IMG/VR virus record: IMGVR_UViG_3300029288_007060
Coordinates: 94,008-158,007 of that record
Strand: one strand, 5' to 3'
Source of the DNA: a virus
Taxonomy: Duplodnaviria; Caudoviricetes
DNA: 64,000 nucleotides
The notes beneath the pieces are model-generated. The model saw only the letters and a list, made by a program, of their open reading frames with translations. It was not told the origin of the DNA and ran no database searches. Each line of letters begins with the position of its first letter. Position 1 is the first letter of the stretch. A program made the translations under genes and the position numbers. Shown here piece by piece: positions 42,342 to 52,242 of this stretch.

Positions 42342-42614
42342 TTATAAAGATAGCTTTAATATTAGATAGTTTAATTGTATTTCTTGCACGGAACATTCCT
42401 TTCCGATATCATCAAAGAAGAAATTTCCTTGGTTTCTGCTTAGCGATGACAAAATGAATGTTAGGTCTAATATATCTTCACTATTAAAGTTGAGTGGGTC
42501 AGATATAAATACGCAATGAAAGCGGCCATATTGGCCGCGATAGAAATGCAAATGTTCAAAACCAAATGCTGTTTTTAATTGTATGCACTGCTCTTTGGTA
42601 GTTAAGTCAGACAT
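42342..42614 (-). CDS. Hypothetical protein (start uncertain)
   Basis: ORF fills the gap downstream of the HNH gene; the ATG at 42614 overlaps the HNH stop region. Confidence 0.4.
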   Translation of the reverse strand: MSDLTTKEQCIQLKTAFGFEHLHFYRGQYGRFHCVFISDPLNFNSEDILDLTFILSSLSRNQGNFFFDDIGKECSVQEIQLNYLILKLSL

Positions 42615-44131
42615 TTCGTATATTTTTTCAAGTCTGACATAGACTTTTCTCGGTGACACTTTGGACATAATGCTTGGGCGTTTGTTTGCCAATCATCTAG
42701 ACCGCCCTTAAAAATAGGAATAATGTGATCACATTCAAGAGTTTGACTTAACTCTTCCAGTTGTTCTTGGCAGATGCCGCATTTTTCGCATTTATATTCT
42801 GCTCGTTTTTTAATGCAACTACGAGCCTCAGCAGAAAAATCTAATCCCAAGCGATACCTTCGCGCTACTTCTTCCCGGTCTTCGTTCCAATTACTTGCTT
42901 CTGGTCCAATTTTCTTTTCAAGTTCTCCAGAACTAAAAGCACTTTTTCTTGCTTCGCTTATTAATTCAGATGATTTGGCAACCCTTTGATCTGTTTCTTT
43001 AGTAAGACCTTTGTTCCAAGCCTCTTTTTCTCCAGACGCATAAGCTTCTTTTAAGCCCTCAGAGTTCTTTTCTTTGGCTTCTGTTGTAGTGTTTCTATTT
43101 CTGTTTAGTTCGTTCACCCATTCATATTTTCCATCCGCATAATCTTGCTTGAGTTTTGAAGTAATCTTGCAAACTCTCAATGATTCTATTTCTTCTGATG
43201 ATAGATATTTTCTAATAACTCTAGTAACGCTTGTTCCGCCCTTAAAAATAACATCATCGCGAGTAGCAATTTTTCTGGCACTTAAGCCGTCTTTAAACAA
43301 ACCTACCACCAATTGTTCTTGTTTTTTCAATTCATCTGGATGTAGCTCGGTAAAGTGTGAAATCATAGAAACAGAAGAAAGACCGCAGATTGAACAGATT
43401 TGGTTGATTTTTGTTTGTTTGACCGCAGATAGCCCTATTTGTTTGAGGGCCTTATCAAATGAGCCAAAGGCCCTGATATAGGAATTGACACTATACTTTG
43501 TTTTGTAATCCACATCTTCTGTCATAGGAACTCTACCTAATTCATCACTAATTCGCTTCAATTCAAACAATAAGTCTTCATCTGAAACTTTTAGTGGCGC
43601 GTCTCCTTTTTGTATTCCGGCTTCTTCTGCCACGGCCTCCAAACTTCCAAATCTACGCCTAAAAGTATTTGCTGCGTATTTAGAATGAGTATCAAGGTCT
43701 CTCGATGTAGGAATTCGATTTAATTTGGCGTATATTTTTATATAATCATTAATAAACTCTTCTTTAGATGTTCTATTATTTAAATCAATCTTGGAAATTT
43801 TCAATAACGAATCTACGGATCCAAAATATTTCATTATTGTTGGTAATGAATGGCCAGAAGATCGAATCAAATCATTGACATTTAAATCTTTATTGGCAAT
43901 ATATGCTTTTTTAATATCTATAATGATTCGTTCTTTCACTATAAAATCTTTTTCTTCTTTTTGTATCCCGGCCGCTTTTAATGCATTTTCCCAAGAGCCG
44001 AAGGCTCTTCGATAAGCATCTAGGGATATTTTACTTTTTGTGTTCCAGGTTACGGTTTTGGGAACTTCATTAGTTTCGGCAAATACTCTTTTCATCTCAT
44101 CTATTAATTCTTGGTCTGATATTTTTCTCAT
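42602..44131 (-). mobile_element. Free-standing HNH homing endonuclease with endonuclease-associated helical repeats
   Basis: Four Y/F-x-R-x-F-G-S-W/F-type repeats, NUMOD-like AWNKGLTKETDQRV, C-terminal CEKC...DHIIP...GG...N...LCPKCH. Confidence 0.85.
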
Positions 44132-44184
44132 AGCAATCTCCTTTAATATAATATTACACCAAACATCCCTACTAATACTATTAA

Positions 44185-44199
44185 ATTATTGATAGATTT
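44185..44199 (-). promoter_or_regulatory. Putative late promoter
   Basis: AAATCTATCAATAAT between the MCP terminator and the HNH gene. Confidence 0.7.
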
Positions 44200-44266
44200 T
44201 TAAGAAAAGGCTACCAGCGGATGAGCCAAGAAATTAATCTTGGTTGGATTGTCACGAAAAATGATC

Positions 44267-44297
44267 AAAAAAAGAGAGGCGAACAAAGCCGCCTCTC
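44267..44297 (-). terminator. Intrinsic terminator after the major capsid gene
   Basis: GAGAGGCG-N8-CGCCTCTC followed by T7. Confidence 0.9.
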
Positions 44298-44334
44298 AAT
44301 TATTCTATTCTATTGGCATGCTATAACTACTTGA

Positions 44335-45351
44335 TTAGCCTACGGTTACTGTCTTTCGGCCTGCGCATACACCCCTGGGGTTCACAATTCCGATTCCGAT
44401 AATCTCGTTCACAACCCAGCCCAACTTAAGCTGCTTCGGCTCGTCAGCTGGCAACACCTCTATGTCTTGTCTAATCGGCATTACACCAACGAACTCTGGA
44501 TCTGCGGCGCCATAAATGCTACCAACTGGCACAACCTTACTGACAATAATGTCAGCGCCCCAAAGATGGGCAAAAAGACCAGTCTGCAAGATTTCGCGTT
44601 GCGAAACCATGTCGATCTCACCAGTGGAAGTTCCACTGTATGCGGCCCAATTGAGAATGTCATTGAACTCAATGATGTTCATGAGGAATTTGGTCGTAAC
44701 CAAGTCCCAACGATCAACCTGAACCTTAATATTGGACAAGTTGCGCTTCAAAAGGCCTGCGTCAGCGATGTCTTGAGCAGTGTTTTCACCACCCAAAGAT
44801 GCGTCACCAGCATAATCCAAAGCTGCGAAAATGTTAGCATCTTCTTGGGCCTGGATTTCCTGGCGTGCTTTTTGCTGGGCACGGTCGATGACATTGAATC
44901 TTCGACGTTTGACTTCAGCGATGCGTACTGTAGGATTCGACACAACTTCAAAATCCGGCACGGTAACGCGGTCTGAGAAAATACGTGATTCTGGTGCAGA
45001 ACCATTGCTGGACACAACAACGGCTGCAACATCAATATCACGGTCATAGACGGGCAATGCGCCTTGGGGCAATGGGTCTACAACTAGAACTCTACGGCCA
45101 ACACCTTGATAGTCGAGGTTCCTACGAATTGGGTTAGCCATGGCTTGGCCCAAAGCAACTTTACCTTCTTGGGTCATCAAAGCGCGGCGAACCAATTCAT
45201 CTTTTTGCTCTTCTGTGAAAGAAGGGCTACCAGCAAGACCTTGATTGGCTGACTGATTGTTTTGGATAATAGATGCGAATTTTACGATCTGAGCTAAAGC
45301 GTCTCTGTCGTTCAACGCATTCAATTCTCCGTGGGTATTAAACATTGACAT
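44335..45351 (-). CDS. Major capsid protein (HK97 fold, 338 aa)
   Basis: Start moved to ATG 45351 (GGAGG RBS); PIRRNLDYQGVGRRVLVVDPLP, long spine-helix-like NVIDRAQQKARQEIQAQEDANIFAALD, C-terminal GWVVNEIIGIGIVNPRG; followed by a strong terminator. Confidence 0.9.
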   Translation of the reverse strand: MSMFNTHGELNALNDRDALAQIVKFASIIQNNQSANQGLAGSPSFTEEQKDELVRRALMTQEGKVALGQAMANPIRRNLDYQGVGRRVLVVDPLPQGALPVYDRDIDVAAVVVSSNGSAPESRIFSDRVTVPDFEVVSNPTVRIAEVKRRRFNVIDRAQQKARQEIQAQEDANIFAALDYAGDASLGGENTAQDIADAGLLKRNLSNIKVQVDRWDLVTTKFLMNIIEFNDILNWAAYSGTSTGEIDMVSQREILQTGLFAHLWGADIIVSKVVPVGSIYGAADPEFVGVMPIRQDIEVLPADEPKQLKLGWVVNEIIGIGIVNPRGVCAGRKTVTVG

Positions 45352-45484
45352 ATTTTTTTCCTCCGTGGAAATTTCTATTTTGGTATCTGGTCGTATATTT
45401 TCCCGTCCCAGACCTGATAGATGATTTTTAAATTTGTTGGCTATTGCCAACCGACTCACAACAAATTTAAAACATGTCTTTACT

Positions 45485-45524
45485 AGAAAAACCTCGGGGA
45501 GCCGGATAAAACCGACTCCCCGAG
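45485..45524 (-). terminator. Terminator-like hairpin between decoration gene and MCP
   Basis: CTCGGGGAGTCGG...CCGGCTCCCCGAG (13 bp, one G-U) followed by GTTTTTC. Confidence 0.7.
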
Positions 45525-45536
45525 ATTAATTAACTA

Positions 45537-46250
45537 TTAGCTAATGGTTCTGTAACCAGAGCCTGCCCACTGAATCACAACACGGTCAAATGTCGAAGCA
45601 CTTGGCGATGAACTGAAGAAGCGACCAGGAGTCTGAACCAAGCCACCGCTGTTCGTCAACTCAACGAATTGAGCAACGATTGGGCCTGATACGTAACGGC
45701 ATAATAGACCGGTAGCATTAACGCCTAGTTGGGCACCCGGTACCGGCGTATCCCAAGCTGCGCTATTCGTAGTAGGATACACGATAGCTGTGGTCTGAAC
45801 ATTAGCGTGGTCAACTGCGTCCAAACTAATCGCATAAAGACCAGGGCTATTCCACAAGGTAACTTTGCCTGAGCCAGTCAAAGAGCTGGGCCCGAGGTTG
45901 GTACCAGTTGTGGTCGTGCCGGTGTTACCACCAACAACTGTGCCAAACAACACGCCATAGCCAGCAGAGCCTTCATCTGCCAGATACAATGCATTGTAAT
46001 AAGGCGTGCCAATATAGCTTGTAGAAGCTATACGAGCCAAGGGACGATATTGGGTAGTCGTACCAGTATCGATACTGGGTGCGACGTAACCGTCTTGAGC
46101 GTCAAACGCGGAAGTTTCAGTAGAGCTGTTTGCTACTGTAGTGTAATGCAAGGTCATTACTTCTCCGCCTAAAATACTCGAAGCATCCGTATTTAGGATG
46201 TCGAATTGGCCTAGTGGTTGAACACCAGATTGCATAAGATATAGAGCCAT
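45537..46250 (-). CDS. Capsid decoration/cement protein
   Basis: Immediately upstream of MCP with GGAGG RBS; SGKVTLW...GLY and L-x-x-NA-x-GLL shared with 51550-52242. Confidence 0.6.
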   Translation of the reverse strand: MALYLMQSGVQPLGQFDILNTDASSILGGEVMTLHYTTVANSSTETSAFDAQDGYVAPSIDTGTTTQYRPLARIASTSYIGTPYYNALYLADEGSAGYGVLFGTVVGGNTGTTTTGTNLGPSSLTGSGKVTLWNSPGLYAISLDAVDHANVQTTAIVYPTTNSAAWDTPVPGAQLGVNATGLLCRYVSGPIVAQFVELTNSGGLVQTPGRFFSSSPSASTFDRVVIQWAGSGYRTIS

Positions 46251-46342
46251 TTTAATTCCTCCAAAGAATTAGTTTTTGTGGTAAAATTCTCAGATAAAAA
46301 CATAGTTTAAATCACAAGAATATCCATGTATATATAAGAAAA

Positions 46343-46357
46343 AATATTGATAGATTT
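46343..46357 (-). promoter_or_regulatory. Putative late promoter for the decoration-MCP unit
   Basis: AAATCTATCAATATT. Confidence 0.7.
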
Positions 46358-48613
46358 TTAATACTTTTTAACTATATTCATTAAATTGCTGTAATCAATC
46401 ACAAAATTAATAGCTGGTTGAACAAAAACACCAGTGAATTCATTAGTTTTTTGCTTGTTGTTAAAGTCTTGCTCTAATTTTTGCAACGAACTAACAGTAG
46501 CGGAATCTAATGTTCCAGTCGCAGGAATCTTTAAAAAAGATTGTATTTTGGTCACATTGTCGTTTGTCTGGCCCGGTTTGTTTGTTTGTTTGCTGGGAGC
46601 CTGTACGCCAGGCACACCAACTCGACTGGCCAAATCATTAAAAGATAAGGCGAGTTTGTACACAAAATCTATTATTTGATTCTTGGCTTGTTCTGCCACA
46701 CTCTTATCTTCTGCGTTTTCTTCGACTAAGTTCCACTGACTTACAGCATCATTAAGAGACTTTAGCTCTTTGCTCATTCCAGATACATATTTTGAAATAG
46801 ATTGCTCTGGATTTGATTCCAACCCATCATTTATCAATTTTTGCATCTCGTCAATATTATTCATAGATGTTTTAACTTTATTCACTATATCTTGGCCAGG
46901 ACCATAAGTACGAACTTTACTTAGTGGATCTTTGACATTTTGGGCCGCACGGACTACCTGGCTGGGGTCATTTTTATGAAACCAATCAAATACTCCAATA
47001 GCGCCGAGCGTGGCTGCCGCACCACCAGCAAGCACAGTGACAGGAAGACCTAATGTTTTCGCCTGGTCTTGTACTGTCAAGCCGAATAGTTTATTTCTTA
47101 ATGGAATTTTTCCACTCTCTATTATTTTTGCTATTCTGTCCGTACTATTTAATTGCAATAATTTGGCGATATTGTCAGGATTTGCCTCGAACAATTTACG
47201 CATTTCTTCCGCACCAGAAGTTCTTTTTAGAGCAAGATATTCTTGCAAAAATGCAGCGTCATTATTAAGATTTTTACTTTTTGCAGACAATACCATTGCG
47301 TTAGTATCGAATGCTTTTTTCATATTTTCTAACCATGTTCCAGAATATTGTTGCAGCTGAGGATTGTTTTTCATCATGGCGAGAGCCGTACTTTCTCCGC
47401 CTGGCTCACTGGCAACTTGCCGTATAGAAATTAATGTATTGATATAGCTTTTGTCACCTTTTATATTTTCTAATAATTTATTTCTTTGTATTATATCCTC
47501 GTCACTTTTTCTAATAAGCTCATTTGCTAATTCTGGCCTATTTTTTGCCATTATTTTGTTTTTTTCTATTGAACGCAATAATCTACCAGCCTCAGACTCA
47601 TTTGCATTTACGGCTGATTGAAGTTTGGTAATCTGGTCGGCTAAACTTTTGCTTGCTATAGAAAGTGATTCTTTTATATCTTGTGAGTGTTTTGTGACAC
47701 TTTCTGTAACAGAAGTCAGATCTCTGAGTATATCATCTGCGTGCTCTGCTATTTGTTCAGAACTTTTGGTTGCCTTTCCTGATTTCCACCAAAGTTTTAA
47801 TGCGCCTGCAACTTCAGGCGTAGCTTCTGCTACCTTACCTGCAGCTGCCCCGCCCAGCTTAAAAGTGTTTTTGGTCAACCACCAAATAAGTTTGGGTATA
47901 GCTGTTATTATTCCGGCACTCTTGATAAAAGTTGTTTGTGCACTCTCTTCTAATGTTATTTCACCTCTCCACAAAGCCATTATTTTCTCTCTCACGATCA
48001 TAACTTTAGATGGCATTGTGCCCCCGAACATATAGGCGAGATGACGCGCGCGGTCTAACGCTATGGTCATTTCTACACTGTCGCCCTTTACCGCATAGAA
48101 TTTAGCATCAGATAAATGACGATTTATTTCCTTAATAGCTCCACATGTTCTACCATCTGCTTCTTTGTGTAACGGGCTTACCTCGCCGTCTTTAATGCAA
48201 GTGCCGCGGTCAAAAGGGCAGTTATCCATAAGAGCCAAAACTTTTTCGGCCACATTAGTTAGTGCGTCGGCTGATTCAGAATCGCCTAGTTCGTCACAAA
48301 TATCGGCCATTTTGGTCAAAGTAGTAACAGCAGATGCGTAAGTTCCTAACAAAGCACCAGTGGGCATCTTATTAATAACCGTCATCATTTTCTCATGCTG
48401 TTCGTTTTGATTTTCCACCAAACCGCCATCGCCTCGTGATTCAGCAACATACACTTTCTCCGGATGTGCTTGTTCAATCAAGTCCTCTTCAGGAAATTCT
48501 CTCTTCTCTTCTATAATTTTCTTGTCTTCTGCATACGGGTTTTTGGCCGGGGTTTCTTGCTCGGCCATTATCTTCATAAACTCCCGCATCACTTCTGATG
48601 TTTCGTAGCCCAT
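46358..48613 (-). CDS. Putative internal virion/ejection protein (tag, TM segment, PG-binding-like C-terminus)
   Basis: Tag LTKMADICDELGDSESAD; TM LGLPVTVLAGGAAATLGAIGVF; VTKIQSFLKIPATGTLDSATVSSL. Confidence 0.5.
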   Translation of the reverse strand: MGYETSEVMREFMKIMAEQETPAKNPYAEDKKIIEEKREFPEEDLIEQAHPEKVYVAESRGDGGLVENQNEQHEKMMTVINKMPTGALLGTYASAVTTLTKMADICDELGDSESADALTNVAEKVLALMDNCPFDRGTCIKDGEVSPLHKEADGRTCGAIKEINRHLSDAKFYAVKGDSVEMTIALDRARHLAYMFGGTMPSKVMIVREKIMALWRGEITLEESAQTTFIKSAGIITAIPKLIWWLTKNTFKLGGAAAGKVAEATPEVAGALKLWWKSGKATKSSEQIAEHADDILRDLTSVTESVTKHSQDIKESLSIASKSLADQITKLQSAVNANESEAGRLLRSIEKNKIMAKNRPELANELIRKSDEDIIQRNKLLENIKGDKSYINTLISIRQVASEPGGESTALAMMKNNPQLQQYSGTWLENMKKAFDTNAMVLSAKSKNLNNDAAFLQEYLALKRTSGAEEMRKLFEANPDNIAKLLQLNSTDRIAKIIESGKIPLRNKLFGLTVQDQAKTLGLPVTVLAGGAAATLGAIGVFDWFHKNDPSQVVRAAQNVKDPLSKVRTYGPGQDIVNKVKTSMNNIDEMQKLINDGLESNPEQSISKYVSGMSKELKSLNDAVSQWNLVEENAEDKSVAEQAKNQIIDFVYKLALSFNDLASRVGVPGVQAPSKQTNKPGQTNDNVTKIQSFLKIPATGTLDSATVSSLQKLEQDFNNKQKTNEFTGVFVQPAINFVIDYSNLMNIVKKY

Positions 48614-48615
48614 TT

Positions 48616-50262
48616 TTATCTCCTAAAACTCATTTGACCTGGTCCAGGTTGAACTCCATCGTGAAGTTCTATAACATAATCTCTTAAAGTCTTTGCTCTA
48701 TTAATCCAATCTCCGGGCAAACCAGTTACCCTTGATTGTAATGCTTCATTAACTATTGTCGCCTGTTCTTCTACTGTTCTGTATCCCCACATTGCTAACC
48801 ACTCGCTTGCGCGCATAGCAGGCCGGCCCTTTTCCTGAATAGTCATAGTCATTAGACAAGACGCAATTTCATCTGGGTCCATATTATCTTTTCCGATAGG
48901 ACAGCGAGCAGAAATTGCAGGTGCTTCAGGTTTATCTTTATTTTCTTCTTTACCACCAGATATTGATTTTTGGAAAGCAGCCAATGCCTTATAAATTCCA
49001 TTAAGCTTCTCTTGATTTTTATTAAGCTCGTTGTAATTAAAAACATCTTTGCCAGTTATGTCTATAGATTTCAAGTATTCTTCTAGCTCTGGTATTTTTA
49101 CCATGAGGTCATTTAATGAGGCTGCGCTTTGAGGACCAAAAATTCCGTCTGCAACCAAATCCGGCCTGTCCAACATTTTGAAGTTGTTTATGGTGGTTTG
49201 AATGGCCGCCACTGTATTATTTTTTGTTTGTCCGACTTGTCTGGTCCTGGCCGTAGGTGCGGTAGGTTGTTTGTCACCTATCTGAGTACCATCTGCCAAA
49301 ACTAATGCTCGTTTAGAAATAGCGGGCTTATAAGAAGATTTTTTGGTAGATTTGGACAAATAGTTTATAGCCTGTTCTAAAGATGATTTGAGCTTAGTTA
49401 AATGAGGCATTCCTTGCTCTAATTCTGCCTCACCTATTGTCTCATCGGTCTTTAATAATATTTTTTGTGCCAAATTCCAAGCATAGTCTTCGGATGGAGT
49501 CAAGCCCGGGGCTTGATTTTGATTCAACGAGACAACCTTAGAATAAAGAGAGGATATATCATTAGCCAAAGTTAAATAATCTTTTCCAGATTTTTTGCTA
49601 GATTGCTGAACAACCTGTATGGTGGCTTCTTTTAATTTCTGCTGAAGAGACACGAATTGCTTTTGAATAGCATCAGAAGTTAGATTGATTGCATTTTCAG
49701 CTTCACCAATATCCCAGCCAACATCGGTTAGATTTTTTTTCACTTCGGGCCATTGTTGCTTGAGTGTCGCTAGGTAATTAACCAACATTTTCATTTGGCC
49801 TAGTTGTGTTAGGACAATTTGGGCGTCTTGTTCTTTATTGCCGGATAATGGACGCACAACGAATACTGTCTTATAAGCCTCTAAATTTTTAATCCAATCA
49901 TCTACAATTTGTTTTGCATTTTCGTTAGGATCCAAGACTTTAATACGGCTCACTAAATCGTTTAGATTATTATCTGTGATTTGAAATGTTCCATGAAAAG
50001 CATCATAAAGACCCCATCCCAATAAGGCTGTACCCAACACCCAACCTATAGGGCTGGCTCCTAAGGCAACCGCAGCGCCTACGCCACCGGCTAACCCTGT
50101 TCCAGCAGCAAGGCCTACGCCAGTACCAATTGCCGCTGGTATACCGACTTCTGGTATTAGAGCTTGTGCCAAATCTTTCCAACTCCAAGCTAGTTTAATA
50201 AGCTCGGGTTGCATTAAAGAGGCATACTTTAATAATATTTCATCTCTAGTGGATTGGGGCAT
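48616..50262 (-). CDS. Putative internal virion/ejection protein (glycine-zipper TM region, PG-binding domain)
   Basis: GIPAAIGTGVGLAAGTGLAGGVGAAVALGASPIGWVLGTALLGWGL; VAAIQ...LVADGIFGPQSAASL. Confidence 0.55.
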   Translation of the reverse strand: MPQSTRDEILLKYASLMQPELIKLAWSWKDLAQALIPEVGIPAAIGTGVGLAAGTGLAGGVGAAVALGASPIGWVLGTALLGWGLYDAFHGTFQITDNNLNDLVSRIKVLDPNENAKQIVDDWIKNLEAYKTVFVVRPLSGNKEQDAQIVLTQLGQMKMLVNYLATLKQQWPEVKKNLTDVGWDIGEAENAINLTSDAIQKQFVSLQQKLKEATIQVVQQSSKKSGKDYLTLANDISSLYSKVVSLNQNQAPGLTPSEDYAWNLAQKILLKTDETIGEAELEQGMPHLTKLKSSLEQAINYLSKSTKKSSYKPAISKRALVLADGTQIGDKQPTAPTARTRQVGQTKNNTVAAIQTTINNFKMLDRPDLVADGIFGPQSAASLNDLMVKIPELEEYLKSIDITGKDVFNYNELNKNQEKLNGIYKALAAFQKSISGGKEENKDKPEAPAISARCPIGKDNMDPDEIASCLMTMTIQEKGRPAMRASEWLAMWGYRTVEEQATIVNEALQSRVTGLPGDWINRAKTLRDYVIELHDGVQPGPGQMSFRR

Positions 50263-50270
50263 AGTTCACC

Positions 50271-51497
50271 TTACTTTATTTTTGGAGCAGCGGGAGAGAA
50301 AGCAGGTGCAAACCTATTCTCAGGATTCACAACCGGTCTATATTGCTCGGGCTTCAACGGCGCAGGTGGAGCCTCTGGAGGAGCCGCTGGAGGCGTAGTT
50401 GTTTGCGGTATCGGTTCAAGTTCCGGTTGTTTGGGTTGTGAGCTTTTCCATGCGGCCTCAGTATTCGGGCCCCATATACCATCCTCTTTTAAAGCGCCCT
50501 TCGTTTTATTGTATGACTGTTGAAACTGCAAGACTTTCGGATTGGATTTGTTTGCATTTTGTACAGGCTTGGTAGGTTGTTGAATCACAGGTGCCGCAGC
50601 TGCTGGTGTAGTTAGCGGCGGCCAGTTGCCCGTACCAGGCATACGTGATTGCTGCGAAATATCATTACGTGTCTGCTGGACGGGATCATAAGGCATATAC
50701 ATATTGCCGGGATACGTATCTGACTCAAGTGCTTTTTTTATTAAAGTATCCACCTTATTAGCAACTTCGACAAATCCGCCGTCATCGAGTTTATTTGCTA
50801 ATGTAATCAAAGTATAATTAAAGACTTCTTCTGGAGTTGCCACCAATTTAATAGCATGCTCTAAATCTTTCAGAACATCCGTATGGCCCATCTTATTTAA
50901 TTTTTCGTATAAGTCCATCAAGGTGGCATAAGTTCCCTTTGGAACAGAGTGGGCAACATCAATGTCTGTCTCCTGTTGCTCTAATATAGTTTCAATAAGA
51001 TTGCCTTCGTCATCTTTATGATAAGTAACCTCTGTGTGCATTTTGCCAGGATGAGCGCTATCAACCAAATCTTTACCTGTTTCACCACTAACATCGTATC
51101 CTTCAGTTGCCTCAACAACTAAATCTGTTTTGGTACTAGAGCGTTTTGCCATGGCCTCTTGTAGCTTGGGAGCCAGTGCAGCGTACAGATTAGGGTCGCC
51201 TAGTTTAATTTTTTCAATAACGGCGTTGAACTTTGCAAAATCTCTAATCGCTGTAGGAATATTAATTCCTTCTAGCAATCGTTTCTTTTCCAAATCATCA
51301 ACAACTTTAGATGCATTCAAAAGCTCTGTCCATTTTTCCATTGGTGCTCCGACTGGGCGTTCTTGCCGTTCTCCAAGTGGAATTGGGGTCGGTACGGCAG
51401 GCATTTGGTCTGCAGCCGTTTTAACAAAATTTTTCTCCCCAGCTATACGAGCATATTCTCGCATTACTAATGATTCGTCAAAGCTTATTGTGCGCAT
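50271..51497 (-). CDS. Putative internal virion protein (tags, PG-binding domain, Pro-rich tail)
   Basis: LITLANKLDDGGFVEVANKVDTLIKKA; VLQFQ...LKEDGIWGPNTEAA. Confidence 0.55.
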   Translation of the reverse strand: MRTISFDESLVMREYARIAGEKNFVKTAADQMPAVPTPIPLGERQERPVGAPMEKWTELLNASKVVDDLEKKRLLEGINIPTAIRDFAKFNAVIEKIKLGDPNLYAALAPKLQEAMAKRSSTKTDLVVEATEGYDVSGETGKDLVDSAHPGKMHTEVTYHKDDEGNLIETILEQQETDIDVAHSVPKGTYATLMDLYEKLNKMGHTDVLKDLEHAIKLVATPEEVFNYTLITLANKLDDGGFVEVANKVDTLIKKALESDTYPGNMYMPYDPVQQTRNDISQQSRMPGTGNWPPLTTPAAAAPVIQQPTKPVQNANKSNPKVLQFQQSYNKTKGALKEDGIWGPNTEAAWKSSQPKQPELEPIPQTTTPPAAPPEAPPAPLKPEQYRPVVNPENRFAPAFSPAAPKIK

Positions 51498-51549
51498 CTG
51501 TTATCTCCTATTTTTATTATATCATCTTGAAATATTTTCTATAAAACTA

Positions 51550-52242
51550 TTACATCCACATAAATTCAATCGAATTGTTAATTCCAGTTGGAGGGCCCGT
51601 AAGCACCGCCACTCCTGGGTGCGATGGGGTGATTCTTTCTGTTGTCAACAAGCCTTCAGCATTACAAAACAACGTGGCATTCACAACATATTGCTGAGTT
51701 GGATCAAATTGGTCTGTTTCATAAATCCCTCTTTGAAACCAAACAGTGATGCGGCCACTAGAAACTGTGGTATTGTCTCCAGGTATATTGGCTATCCTAT
51801 ATGTATAGTTCACAATTGTTCTGATAGAATCTGGTATTGAGTCACCGTCAGAGTCGTAATTGAGCGTGCTTCCGGCCGGAACAGAAATTACACCATTCAC
51901 ATCATAAAGTATAAGGCCTTCAATATCGGCCGTAAAACTACTACGAACTATATTGGAAAATCTTAATCTTTTTTCTGTATCTATAGCGGACACATAATGT
52001 CCATACCCATCACCCACGCCGACCAGCGGAATAACAACAACTTCATCAATAACAGATGCTGTGAAAGCAGACGTATTAATGTCGTCAATTATTCCTATTG
52101 GCGCTGTACCATCACTAACCCCGCAAACTATTTCGTTTCCAAGAACTTTCATTTGGCCTATCTGACCCGGCTGAAATGTGCTAGTTGGATCGACGGGAAA
52201 TGAAACCGGTAGACTGGATCCGACCTGGATTAACTTTAACAA
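51550..52242 (-). CDS. Second capsid decoration-like protein
   Basis: TTG start at 52242 after GGAGG; SGRITVWFQRGIYETDQF...LFCNAEGLL, paralogous to 45537-46250. Confidence 0.55.
   Translation of the reverse strand: MLKLIQVGSSLPVSFPVDPTSTFQPGQIGQMKVLGNEIVCGVSDGTAPIGIIDDINTSAFTASVIDEVVVIPLVGVGDGYGHYVSAIDTEKRLRFSNIVRSSFTADIEGLILYDVNGVISVPAGSTLNYDSDGDSIPDSIRTIVNYTYRIANIPGDNTTVSSGRITVWFQRGIYETDQFDPTQQYVVNATLFCNAEGLLTTERITPSHPGVAVLTGPPTGINNSIEFMWM

Noticed and set aside
44169-44177. Antisense late promoter (CTACTAATA on the + strand)
   Set aside because: Single partial match without the conserved flanks, in AT-rich sequence.
45352-45459. 36-aa N-terminal extension of MCP given in the ORF track
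   Set aside because: A GGAGG RBS precedes ATG 45351, and the extension lies in a structured leader.
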